A DNA stretch of 64,000 nucleotides from Sphagnum compactum. Taxonomy: Eukaryota. The stretch lies in assembly GCA_965153455.1 (NCBI GenBank), contig OZ234493.1, positions 4,898,001 to 4,962,000 of the forward strand, given 5' to 3'. This document shows, one piece after another, positions 51,205 through 63,839 of the stretch. The notes under the pieces were generated by a model. It was not told where the DNA came from. It was given only the letters and a program-made list of their open reading frames with translations, and did no database searches. Position 1 is the stretch's first letter. Each line of letters opens with the position of its first letter. The position numbers and the translations under genes are program-made.

Positions 51205-53450
51205 GAGTTGCGGAACGAGCCAATAGGACCATCATGGAATGCGCTAGGAGCATGATTTGACTTGACTTGGAGTTTTGGGCGGAGGCGGTGAACACGGCAG
51301 TTTACATCAAGAATCGATGCCCAACTAAAGCTCTTGAATCAAAGACTCCGCAAGAAGCATGCACCGGTAGAAAGCCCGATGTATCTCATTTGAAAGTTTT
51401 TGGTTGCAAGACATTTGCGCACATTCCTGATGAAAAGAGAAGTAAATTAGAGTCCAAATCTATACCTTGTGTGTTTTTAGGGTATTGTGAAAGGACCAAA
51501 GCATATCGCTTGATGTGTGTAGAAATCAAAAAGATCATCAAGAATCGTGATGTTGTGTTCCTTGAAGGGACGGAAGAAGCTGAAGGTGTTCATGAGAATA
51601 GACCCTCTTTAAACCCAGTAGAACACGTTGTTGTGGATGAAGTCGTGAATGATGATGAACTCATTAAGGATGCCAATCCTATATCTTTGAAGGAGAGACC
51701 AGCGAAAGACGTGGAAGGTGGTGAATCTACATCAAACTCTTATTCGGAAGAAGAATTTGCTCCTCCACAAGATGAGGGTTTGAATGAACCACAACAAGAT
51801 GGACAAAGAGAAAGGCCCCAAAGACAACGTAAAAAGTGGCCTTGTGATTGGTGGGTGGCCACCAAAGAGGTGGAACGGGCCACCATAGCTTTTTCAGAAG
51901 AACCTGAAACCATGGAGGAGGCGGTGAATGACAAAGATGCAAAGAAGTGGGAGATTGCCATGCAAGAAGAATACGATTCTCTTGTTGTCAAGAACATTTG
52001 GTCTTTGGTGCCACTCGCTAAGGGTAGGAAGCCCATTTCTTGCAAATGGGTGTTCAAAATCAAACACATGGGGTCGATGGTGAAGTGGAACGTTACAAGG
52101 CCAGACTTGTGGCAAGAGGTTTCACCCAAACATTGGAGTCGATTACAATCAAACTTTTGCACTCGTTGCAAAGTTTGCATCAATTCGTTGTATCCTTGCA
52201 TTAGCGGCCATTGAAGACATGGAGATTCATCAAATGGATGTCAAAACCGCATTTCTCAATGGTGACCTTGAAGAGGAGATTTACATGGAACAACCCAAAA
52301 ACTTCACACATGATGGAAAACATCTTGTGTGTAAGCTTCACAAATCATTGTACGGCTTGAAACAATCTCCAAGGGCTTGGAACCAAAAGCTAAATGCTTT
52401 TTGGAAAAAGCATCGAGTTTGTGAGGAGTGATGTGGACTTTAGCGTGTACGTTGCGCAAGTGGGAGATGTCAAATTCTTCATTGTCGTCTATGTCAATGA
52501 CCTCATTTTGGTGTGCAATAATAAGGACAAGCTTGTGCAAGTGAAAGAAGAACTTTCTTGAAAATTCGAAATGAAAGATCTTGGCGATTTACATTTATTC
52601 CTTAGCATGGAAGTGGAAAGGGATCGTGCACAACGTCTTCTTTACATCAACCAAATTGGGTATCTCAAGGAGATTCTCAAATGCTTTCGCGTGGAGGATT
52701 GCCAAGCCATCGGAGTGCCACTTGATCCCAAGACAAAGTTGAAGAAGAATGTGAGCAAGGATGATGAGATGGTGAAGGTTCCTTATCAACAAGCCGTGGG
52801 ATCCTTGATGTATGCCATGTTGTGTACTCGGCTGGATTTGGCATACCCAATAAGCGTGGTGAGTCAACACATGGCTAATCCAAGCCTAGAACATTGGATT
52901 GCGGTCAATCGCATTTTTCGATACTTGCAAGGCATTTTGCAATTCAAATTACGCTTCAGAGGATTACTACCCCAAGATTTTGGTCAGATATTGTGATGCG
53001 GATTGGGCCGGTGACCTTGAGGATAGGAGATCCACCACAGGGTTTGTATTCATGATAGGAGCTGGAGCCATTTCTTGGAGTAGCAAACGATAACGCACAA
53101 TTGTTTTGTCGACGACAGAGGCCGAATACATGGCAAGTACGCAAGCTACCAACGAAGCCATATGGATGACAAAGCTCATGAAGGAATTAGGGTATATGGA
53201 AGAGAAAAAGGCGATGGTGATTTGATGTGACAACCAAGGTGCAATATCATTAACGAAGAATCCCACGCAACATGCTCGAACAAAGCACATTGATGTGCAA
53301 AATCACTTTGTTTGAAAACGAGTTGAAATTGGCGAAGTTACGTTCAAATATTGTTCAACGGAGGACATGGTGGCGGATGTGTTTGCCAAGGCATTATCAA
53401 AAGAACGACATAACAAATTGATAACCATGTTTGGATTAGAAACTTCATAG
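51205..53450 (+). pseudogene. Copia A integrase-RT-RNase H segment
   Basis: Resumes GVAERANRTIME after the E TSD; RT and RNase H with many frameshifts and stops; PPT AGAGTGGGAG precedes the 3' LTR. Confidence 0.9.
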
Positions 53451-53812
53451 AGTGGGAGTGTTAGAAATATTATTCGTTTCTAATTCCCAATGTTGATGAA
53501 TGTGTTAAACATTCATCAAAAAGATGAATAGTATTCACATCCTTATAATAGTTAGGTTAGGGTTTGGAAGTGGAGGCTACTTAGGGCTTGGCGACAGCTA
53601 GGGTTAGGGTTTGATGGCGGCTAGGGTTAGGGTTTGGTGGCGGGTAGGTTAGAGTTAAGTGGTGGCTACTTTAGGGTTAGGAGATAGTATATATTAGAGT
53701 GGTTTTGAGGAGTCTTTCATTCTTTCCTTTCATGGTTTTTGAGTGCACATAGAACCTTCAAGCTTTGTTAGTTGTTAGAAGCCATAATTTTGTGATTGTA
53801 GCATTGGAAGCA

Positions 53813-54263
53813 TATTGAAAATAACTTGAAAACAAGCAAGAAATGTAACACTCAAGGTTCATGAAATGGAACAATTGTATTAACCAACAAGAACAATACA
53901 AAGGTTGTATGCTTTCAAATGATGCAATCACAAAACTATGGCTTGCACCAACTAACAAAGCATGAAGGTTCTATGTGCACTAAAAACCATGAAAGGAAAG
54001 AATGAAAGACAACTCAAAACCACACCATTATATACTATCTCCTAACCCTAAAGTAGCCGCCACTTAACCCTAACCTAGCCGCCGCCAAACCCTAACCCTA
54101 GCCGCCACCAGACCCTAACCCTAGCTGCCGCCAAACCCTAAGTAGTCTCCACTTCTAAACCCTAACCTAACTACTACAAGGATGTGAATACTATTCATCC
54201 TTTTGATGAATGTTTAACACATTCATCAATATTGGGAATTAGAAACGAATAGTATTTCTAACA
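53813..54263 (-). mobile_element. Solo Copia LTR H, antisense, inserted in the 3' LTR of A
   Basis: Reverse-complement LTR (TG...TA) with TSD AAGCA at 53808-53812 and 54264-54268. Confidence 0.93.
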
Positions 54264-54365
54264 AAGCATACATCCTTTGTAATCTTCTTATTAGTTAATA
54301 AAATTGTTCCATTTGATGAACCTTGAGTGTTTATTTTCTTGCTTGTTTTCAAGTTGTTTTCAATA

Positions 54366-54665
54366 CCAATTGAATAGGGTGATATACAAAACAACGCATC
54401 ATTTGTGGGTTACAGATGTTCAATGTTGCACCATCATTCACCACAAAAAAGCCCAATAGGCTGATGTTCAATGGCTAGCAGACCATAGATTTATGTTAAC
54501 CACCAACTTTGGAATAAGGATCTCCCAAGTTGTATCTATGTCAACATTTGGCACCTCTTTTGATCCAAGCTCAATTTCAAATTGAAACATAAAATCAATG
54601 TCATCTTGATCACATGAAACGATTGTTATAGGTTGTGTGGCACTTGTGGATGCCATTATAAACAA
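54366..54665 (-). pseudogene. N-terminal (BED finger) part of the split hAT transposase
   Basis: Minus-strand AYWAF..VVNDGATLNICNPQMMRCFVYHPIQL joins in frame to LELLDAQGKHKR at 20705. Confidence 0.75.
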
Positions 54666-54709
54666 CCTTAAATGCCATGCTTTGTTTTATCTGTTGTTGT
54701 CTACAAAAA

Positions 54710-55150
54710 AACATAAAGGACAGAACTTAGACATGTATGAAAACTCAATGGCATCCTATCACAAAAATTGACTAGAAGTTGATGCTAAATGGCAAAAACC
54801 TTGTTGATGTAAAAAATTGCAACAAAAGGGACACATAGCTTACACATGTATGCGAATTCAATGGCATCAACTCAATCACAAAGATATACTAGAAGTTGTT
54901 GCTACATGGCAAAAACCTTGTTGCTATTTTTTGTAAAATAAAAAAGACATAAAGCTTACACATGCATGGGAACTCAGTGGCATTTATCCATCACAAAAAC
55001 TTATTGGAAGTTGCATGACAAAAACATAACTGCTATGTTTTCCAAAAAAAGGACATGGAACTTTCACAATAAGAAATTCAATGGAATTCTATCCATCACA
55101 AAAACTTAGTACTAGAAGCACTATTACATGGAAAAATCCTTATTGTTGTA
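54710..55150. repeat. Degenerate ~110-118-bp tandem repeat, about 4 copies
   Basis: Recurring CTTACACATGTATG..TCAATGGCAT..ATCACAAAA..CTAGAAGTT..ATGGCAAAAACCTTGTTG blocks. Confidence 0.7.
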
Positions 55151-55669
55151 AAAACCTAACAAAAGAGAAATGATGGAGAGAGAAAGAATTGCCTTTAGCT
55201 TGCAAGCAACACAAGATGACCACTGCAATGATCCTCAACAACACCTAATGCTCATAAAACTTCTGTTCAAGTTTTACATGATTCTACACCAATCATCAAT
55301 ATCATACACAAAAAAAATGTGATGTAGGCTTCAAGATATTAACATGTACTTATGGACTATAATTAGAAGACACAATAAACGTCAAAATGTTACTTTGCAA
55401 ACAACAAGGAACAACTACCACTTAGGCATGTTCCTTGCATTTTTACGCATAATTGATTTAAGGATATTTGTAGTCATTTCAAATCACTTCCATCATGAAT
55501 GGTAGTGAATAGCCACCATCACTTCCCATTAACTTCATTAGCTCCCAACAGTGGGTGTTGTTTAGTACACAATATTTTGCTCAAAATTCATTACAAAAAA
55601 TCATATAAAAAGCTGCAACATGAATTTCTACTACATTTCTAGATGTAAACAAAAAACTCAATCTTAATA

Positions 55670-57106
55670 TTGGCTATTGCCCAAAGAGAATAGACAATCC
55701 AAAAGACAATAGTATCGTCCAGATCCCACTTGGGGACAATGAGTATCGGTGCATCCACATATCACTATTGAACATCCTAGGCCTATTGACAATCCTTTGT
55801 CCATTCAAAAGTTTCAATTTTCTGCAATAATTTGGTGATGGCTGCCATGATGAATGCAAAGTTTTGATTGAAACATTGGTAAAATTGAGCCATTATGTTG
55901 AAAACTTGTATGTCCTTTGGAGTTTTCAGTTGTGGCATGTTAACAATTGCCGAAATTTTCTTTGGATCCGGTAGTTTACTTTCCCATGACATAATGTATC
56001 CAAGAATGACTTCAAAATACACCAGAAGCAAACAGTTGTCGGGATTTAAACCAATACCAAACTCGTAGCACATGTCAAAACAAAGGCATAGCTTTTGCAG
56101 ATGGGTATTTCGATTATTAGGACACTGAAGTCATCTAGAAATAGCTTCATGAAAATGCACAAGTATTCCTTGAAGGCCATACTTACTACTCTTTGGTAAG
56201 TGGGTGGGGCATTCTTCTAACCAAATGGCATGACGATTTAAATGAAAGCCCCCTAAGCAGTAATGAATGTTTTCTTATACCAATCCTCTGGATCTATCAT
56301 AATCTAGTGGTAGCCTAAGAAGCCATCTAAGAAAGAATACATTTCATGACTCGCAACCATGTTGAGGACCTCTTCAGTGAAAAGCGAGAGGGATATAGGT
56401 CCTTTTTTGTGGCAGCATTCAGTTTGCAGAAATTCACACAGATCCGAAGCTTGCCATTTTTCAGTACCACCACAATCGGTGATAACCAAGTAACTTCCTC
56501 AACTAGTACATGCAATAAATCTAGCTATAAGTAACTTATCCAAATCTTGTTTAACCACTACGACATAGTTAGGATTCATTTCATACCTAGCCTAATGAGC
56601 TGGTGGGATTGTCGTGTTTAATTCAATTCGATGTTGAGCAATGTGCAGGGGAATTCCGGTCAATTCCTTGTAAGACCATGCAAACACGTCCTTATATTCC
56701 CACAACAATGCCTTTACTTCACTAGCTATTACATCATCCAAATCAACATTGAGTTTCACCATTTTTTGATTATTCCTCAAAACCTAAATTCAAATCTCGT
56801 ACCTACACATCTTCTGGTAAGTTCCAACATGCAATCTTCATGTCTTAGACTTCTAATCCGTGTTGGAATGGTATCCACTTCAATTTCACTTGGAATGTGG
56901 GGGAAATCAAAAGTTAAATCTTCAATACCAACATCCACCCCAAATACTTCGGTAGTCAGAACCAATATTGTACCTATTTCCGATTCTAATAATGTAATGG
57001 TACCAATTGCAAGCAGATTTGGTTCAACCTATGAAAGTACCTCCTCTTCCTTGTCTATGACGCCATTCATGAAATCATAGCAGAGAAGTACCTCAAGCCG
57101 AACCGT
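55670..57106 (-). pseudogene. Decayed Ty3/Gypsy pol (RT), non-chromovirus-like
   Basis: Minus-strand WLSPIVVVLKNGKLRICVNFCKLNAATKKD, SFLDGFLGYH, MPF and FLDDF-like motifs; frameshifted; interrupted by Copia I at 57107. Confidence 0.8.
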
Positions 57107-58306
57107 TGTTAGAAATACTATTCGTTTCTAATTCCCAATGTTGATGAATGTGTTAAACATTCATCAAAAGGATGAATAGTATACACATCCTTGTAGTTGT
57201 TAGGTTAGGGTTTAGAAGTGGAAACTACTTAGGGTTTGGCGGCGGCTAGGGTTAGGGTTAGGCGGCGGCTAGGTTTAGGGTTTGGTGGCGGCTAGGGTTA
57301 GGGTTTGGTGGCGGCTAGGTCAGGGTTAAGTGGCGGCTACTTCAGGGTTAGGAAATAGTATATAATGGATTGGTTTTGAATTGTCTTTCATTCTTTCCTT
57401 TCATGGTTGTTGAGTGCACATAGAACCTTCAAGCTTTGTTAGTTGTTGCAAGCCATAGTTTTATGATTGTAGCATTTGAAGCATACAACCTTTGCAATCT
57501 TCTTTTAGTTAATACAATTGTTCCATTTCATGAACCTTGAGCAACAAGTTGTTCCTTGGAAGGAGATTCTTCACCATCAAAATGCAAGAAGGAGATGACA
57601 TGCTTGTGCACATCAACACGGTGAAAGCCCTTGCGGACCAACTACGTTCCATCGAGGTGAACATTACGGATAAGATGTTTACATGGTACTCCTCATGAGC
57701 CTTCCTCCATCCTTTGATAACTTAGTCACAAGCTTGGAGTCCATGTCCACGAAAGATGTAGACCTTCAATTCGTTGTAGCAAGGTTGCTTCACGAAGTGT
57801 CCAAAAGAAAAGAATGTGAGAATTCCGAGACTACCGCATTAGTGAACAAAACTCACAAGCCAAATGAGAAGCTTTGCTTTTATTGTAAGAAACCCGGACA
57901 TTTTGTGAGAAATTGTTTGAAGAAGAAAAATGATGAAAAAGAAAAAGTTAATCAAGCTTGTGAAGATCACGAACAAATGTTTGTTGCGGCATTGAGTGCC
58001 AATGATCATACCACGTATGATTGGATTGTCGATTCGGGTGCAACGCAACACATGACATCCGAACAAGAATGGTTTACCACGTACGAGCGCATTTCCTTAA
58101 GGAGGGTGTTCATGGGCGATGACACCGTTTTGGAGGCCATTGGCAAGGGGAGCATCAAAGCCACATTGCAAGTGGGAGGCCAATTGACACACACAACCAT
58201 CACCCAAGTTCTTCATGTTCCAAAAATGAAGAATAATCTCATTTCGGTGAGCAAACTCATTTCGGAAGGTTTCAAAGTGGAGTTTGACAAGGATGGTTGT
58301 AAGGTC
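57107..58306 (+). mobile_element. Copia I (B-like copy), with ~1 kb deleted from the LTR end into gag; interrupted by J
   Basis: LTR from 57107 fused at ~57541 directly to gag (GCAACAAGTTG); PBS and leader are missing; gag-PR runs to 58306. Confidence 0.88.
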
Positions 58307-61300
58307 TGTTAGAAATACTATTCGTTTCTAATTCCCAATGTTGATGAATGTGTTAAACATTCATCAAAAGGATGAATAGTATACACATCCTTGTAGTTGT
58401 TAGGTTAGGGTTTAGAAGTGGAGACTACTTAGGGTTTGGCGGCGGCTAGGGTTAGGGTTAGGCGGCGGCTAGGTTTAGGGTTTGGTGGCGGCTAGGGTTA
58501 GGGTTTGGTGGCGGCTAGGTTAGGGTTAAGTGGCGGCTACTTAGGGTTAGGAGATATTATATAATGGAGTGGTTTTGAGTTGTCTTTCATTCCTTCCTTT
58601 CATGGTTGTTGAGTGCACATAGAACCTTCAAGCTTTGTTAGTTGTTGCAAGCCATAGTTTTATGATTGTAGCATTTGAAGCATACAACCTTTGTAATCTT
58701 CTTTTACTTAATACAATTGTTCCATTTCATGAACCTTGAGTGTTGCATTTCTTGCTTGTATTCAAGTTGTTTCCAATAGGTTATGGGCCCACACCAAGCA
58801 AGAGAAAGGACATTGTGTTAGAACAAGAAGTAGTGAAAGGTTTGAGCTTGTATTGCATAGGAAAAAGGAGAGAATCCTTTTGAGACAAGGTTCTTTGTTT
58901 GCAAAGGGAGAGAGAGTTCATTTCCAAGTGGTGCCATACAAGGAGCTTGCAACTTTTCCAAGTGAGTGGGAGGTGTGGAAGAGACTTCTTCAAAGTGTTG
59001 TAAGTTCTTAAGTGTGGAAGAGTGTTCTTCAAGTCTTTAAGTTTCAAGTTTGAAGTTCAAAAGTGTGAAAGAGAGTTCTTCAAGTTTTTGAGGTTTCCAA
59101 CATTGAAGTTTGAGGTGTAAGAGAAGTTTTTCAAGTTTCTTGTAAGGTTTTTAGGAAACTTGTTTCGTTTAAGTTTTTTGAAAAGTGTTTACTTGTACAA
59201 CATAGAAAGGGAGAATCCTTTTGAGGGAAGGCTTTTAGTTTGCAAGGTTGCAAAGAGAATAGTCTTACAAGTGAGTGAGAGGTGTGGAAGAGATTTCTTC
59301 AAGGTGTTGTAAGTTTTTCAAGTGTGAAAAACTTGTTTTTGAAAGTATCAAGGTTTTCCAAGTGAAAGTGTTTGGAAGATAGTTCTTTTAGTTGTTGAAA
59401 ACTTCAACTTTCAAGTTTGAGAGTGTTTGTTGTAGCATTTGTGTTCAAAATGTCTTCTTTTCAAATGGAGTCCTTGAAAGTCATGGAGAAGTTTGATGGT
59501 GGCAACTTTCACCTTTGGAAGTTCAAAATGCGCATGATGCTTTCCAAACATGGGCTTTGGAAATTTGTTGATGGGAGTGCCACCTTGCCAAGTGAAGAAG
59601 TTGCAAGGGCCGATTACAACGAAAAAGAGACCAAGGCTTTTGCATTGCTTTGCGAACATCTCACGGATGCCTTACTTGCACACATTCAATATTGTGACAA
59701 TGTGAGAAGTGCGTGGGAGGCTCTTTGCGAAGTGCATGAAACTAAGACAATTGGTAACAAGTTGTTCCTTCGAAGGAGATTCTTCACCATCAAAATGCAA
59801 GAAGGAGATGACATGCTTGTGCACATCAACACGGTGGAAGCCCTTGCGGACCAACTACGTTCCATCTAGGTGAACATTACGGATGAAGATGTTTACATGG
59901 TACTCCTCATGAGCCTTCCTCCATCCTTTCATAATTAAGTCACAATCTTGGAGTCCATGTCCACGAAAGATGTAGACCTTCAATTCGTTGTAGCAAGGTT
60001 GCTTCACGAAGTGTCCAAAAGAAAAGAATGTGAGAATTCCGAGACTACTGCATTAGTGAACAAAACTCACAAGCCAAATGAGAAGCTTTGCTTTTATTGT
60101 AAGAAACCCGGACATTTTGTGAGAAATTGTTTGAAGAAGAAAAATGATGAAAAAGAAAAAGTTAATCAAGCTTGTGAAGATCACGAACAAATGTTTGTTG
60201 CGGCATTGAGTGCCAATGATCATACCACGTATGATTGGATTGTCGATTCGGGTGCAACGCAACACATGACATTCGAACAAGAATGGTTTACCACGTACGA
60301 GCGCATTTCCCCAAGGAGGGTGTTCATGGGCGATGACACCGTTTTGGAGGCCATTGGCAAGGGGAGCATCAAAGCCACATTGCAAGTGGGAGGCCAATTG
60401 ACACACACAACCATCACCCAAGTTCTTCATGTTCCAAAAATGAAGAATAATCTCATTTCGGTGAGCAAACTCATTTCGAAAGGTTTCAAAGTGGAGTTTG
60501 ACAAGGATGGTTGTAAGGTCAACGACGCTCGAGGAGTTGTTGTCGCGCAAGCACGAAGGGACAAGAACTTGTACCTTCTTAATGTGAAGGTGCGTAAGGA
60601 CATGGCACACATTGCAAATTCTTTGGAGGAAAGTGCGATGTTTTGGCATGAAAGACTTGGCCCTCTCAACATGGCAAGCCTTAAGGACTTAGATGCCATG
60701 GTGGATGGCATGAATTTGAAAGAAGTGCCGTTGCATCACATTTGTGAAGGATGCGTCAAAGGCAAACATCAAAGAACATCATTTCCCAAGGACGGAGCAA
60801 CGAGGGCTTCACAACTTTTGGAGATTGTGCACACCGATGTGTGCGGGCCAATGAAGACTACATCGCATGGTGGAGCGCGATACTTTCTCACTTTCATTGA
60901 CGATTTCTCAAGGAAAACTCATGTCTATCTTTTGAAGGCCAAAGGAGAAGCGTTTGAAAAGTTCAAACAATACAAGGCCTTGGTGGAGAACGAAATTGGT
61001 CACAAAATCAAAGTGCTGCGTTCCGACAACGGAGGAGAATTTGTGTCTAAGAAATTTGACGCATTTCTTGCGGAATGTGGAATTCAACGACAAACAAGTG
61101 CGCCCTATTCCCCACAACAAAACGGTGTTGCGGAACGTGCCAATAGAACAATCATGGAATGTGCAAGAAGCATGATTCTTGCACAAGGGTTGGAATTTCA
61201 ATTTTGGGGCGAAGCGGTAAACACGGCGGTGTACATCAAAAATCGATGTCCAACCAAGGCTCTTGATTCCAAGACCCCTCAAGAAGCGTGGAGTGGTAGG

Positions 61301-63839
61301 AAACCCGATGTGTCCCATTTGAGAGTTTTTGGTTGTGAGGCCTTTGCACATGTCCCCGATGAGAAGAGGACCAAATTAGAGTCCAAGTCCATGCCTTGTG
61401 TGTTTTTAGGATATTACGAAGGCACCAAAGCGTATCGCTTGATGTGTGTGAAAACCAAGAGAATCATCAAAAGTAGAGATGTTGTGTTCATTGAAAGGTC
61501 AAAGGAAATAGGTGGTGTACCTCATCTTGAGAAAGAAGAAAATGTAGTTGTGCATGAAGAAGTTGAGCGAGAAGAACCATTGGCCTTTAGTCAAGATAGA
61601 CCTTTGAGTGAAACAAGAATGGAAGGTGTGCAAAGTGAATCCACACCAAGTTCTTCATCTGAAGAGGAATTTGTTGTTTCCAATGACAACCCATCTTGTG
61701 AACCTTCACAAGATATTGCGAGGGAAAGACCTCAAAGGCAACGAAGGGAATGGCCTCGGGATTGGTGGATTGCTACCAAAGAGGTGGAGCGCGCCACCGT
61801 TGCATTTTTGGAGGAGCCCCAAAATATTGAAGAAGCACTGACATGTGAAAATTCCAAGGAGTGGGAGTGTGCGATGCGAGAAGAATATGATTCCCTCATG
61901 ACAAACAACACATGGACTTTGGTACCACTTCCCGCCGGTAGGAAACCCGTTTCTTGCAAATGGGTGTTCAAAATCAAACAAGGCGCAAATGGGGAAGTGG
62001 AACGCTACAAGGCTAGATTAGTAGCAAGAGGTTTTACTCAAACCTACGGAGTGGATTACAACGAAACTTTTGCGCCGGTCGCAAAATTTGCATCTATTCG
62101 TTGTATTCTTGCATTGGCGGCCTTGAAAGACATGGAGATCCATCAAATGGACGTGAAAACCGCATTTCTCAATGGCGAGCTTGAAGAGGAGATTTACATG
62201 GAGCAACCTCAAGGGTTCGTGCACCAAGGAGGTGAACATCTCGTGTGTAAGCTTCACAAGTCCTTGTATGGTTTGAAACAATCTCCGAGGGCATGGAATC
62301 AAAAGTTAGATGCGTTTCTCAAAAGCATTGAATTTATCAAGAGTGAGGCGGATCCTAGTGTGTACGTTGCACAAGTGGGAGATGTGAAGTTTTTCATTGT
62401 GGTCTATGTGGACGACCTCATTTTGGTGTGTAACGATCAAAACAAACTTTTGCAAATCAAAGAGGAATTGAGTCAAAAGTTTGAAATGAAGGACCTTGGG
62501 GAGTTGCATTTCTTTTTGGGGATGGAGGTGGAAAGGAATCGTGATGAAAGACTCCTACGCATCAACCAAATCAAATACCTCAAGGAAATATTGAAGCGGT
62601 TTCGAATGGAAGAATGTAAGCCCATTGGAGTTCCATTGGATCCCAAGGTGAAGTTACAAAGGAATGTGAATGGAAATGATGAATCAAAGGGATTTCCATA
62701 TCAACAAGCGGTTGGGTCTTTGATGTATGCCATGTTGTGCACACGACCCGATTTGGCATACCCAATAAGCGTGTTGAGTCAACACATGGCGAACCCTAAC
62801 ATGGAGCATTGGATGGCCGTCAAACGAATCTTTCGATATTTGCAAGGTACATTGCAAATGAAATTACAATTTGGTGGAACACCATCCAAGGAAGTTCTTG
62901 GATATTGTGATGCGGATTGGGGTGGTGATCTTGAAGATAGGAGGTCCACCACAGGGTTTGTTTTCATGATTGGAGGTGGAGCGATTTCTTGGAGTAGCAA
63001 ACGACAACCCACAATAGCATTGTCCACCACGGAGGCGGAATACATGGCGAACACGCAAGCCACAAAAGAAGCCGTATGGATAACAAAATTGATGATGGAT
63101 TTGGGATACATGGAGGAGAAGAAAATGATGGTGATTCGATGCGACAATCAAGGTGCGATATCATTGACCAAGAATCCCACTCACCATGCACGAACAAAAC
63201 ACATTGATGTACAACATCATTTTGTTCGAGAACGAGTTGAAAATGGAGAAGTAGGATTTGAATATTGTCCAACGGAACACATGGTGGCGGATGTCCTTAC
63301 TAAGGCATTATCTAAAGAACGACATCATAAGTTGATAAACATGTTCGGATTAGAAACTTCATAGAGTGGGAGTGTTAGAAATACTATTCGTTTCTAATTC
63401 CCAATGTTGATGAATGTGTTAAACATTCATCAAAAGGATGAATAGTATACACATCCTTGTAGTTGTTAGGTTAGGGTTTAGAAATGGAGACTACTTAGGG
63501 TTTGGCGGCGGCTAGGTTTAGGGTTTGGTGGCGGCTAGGGTTAGGCGGCGGCTAGGGTTAGGGTTTGGTGGCGGCTAGGTTAGGGTTAAGTGGCGGCTAC
63601 TTTAGGGTTAGGAGATATTATATAATGGAGTGGTTTTGAGTTGTCATTCATTCCTTCCTTTCATGGTTGTTGAGTGCACATAGAACCTTCAAGCTTTGTT
63701 AGTTGTTGCAAGCCATAGTTTTATGATTGTAGCATTTGAAGCATACAACCTTTGTAATCTTCTTCTAGTTAATACAATTGTTCCATTTCATGAACCTTGA
63801 GTGTTGCATTTCTTGCTTGTATTCAAGTTGTTTCCAATA
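58307..63839 (+). mobile_element. Copia J, full length, with two gag nonsense mutations
   Basis: LTRs 58307-58778 and 63373-63839; PBS at 58779; ORF 59450-63364 with stops at 59867-59869 and ~59936. The flanks AGGTC and GATCA do not match. Confidence 0.92.

Larger units (their letters stand above)
20707..54365 (+). mobile_element. Copia A, outermost and oldest element of the nest (degenerate)
   Basis: 5' LTR 20707-21173, PBS 21174-21185 (GGTTATGGGCTC), 3' LTR 53459-54365 (split by H). TSD CCAAT at 20702-20706 and 54366-54370. Both LTRs share subfamily-specific bases. Coding pieces 21782-22927, 36259-36787 and 51205-53450 join collinearly. Confidence 0.92.
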
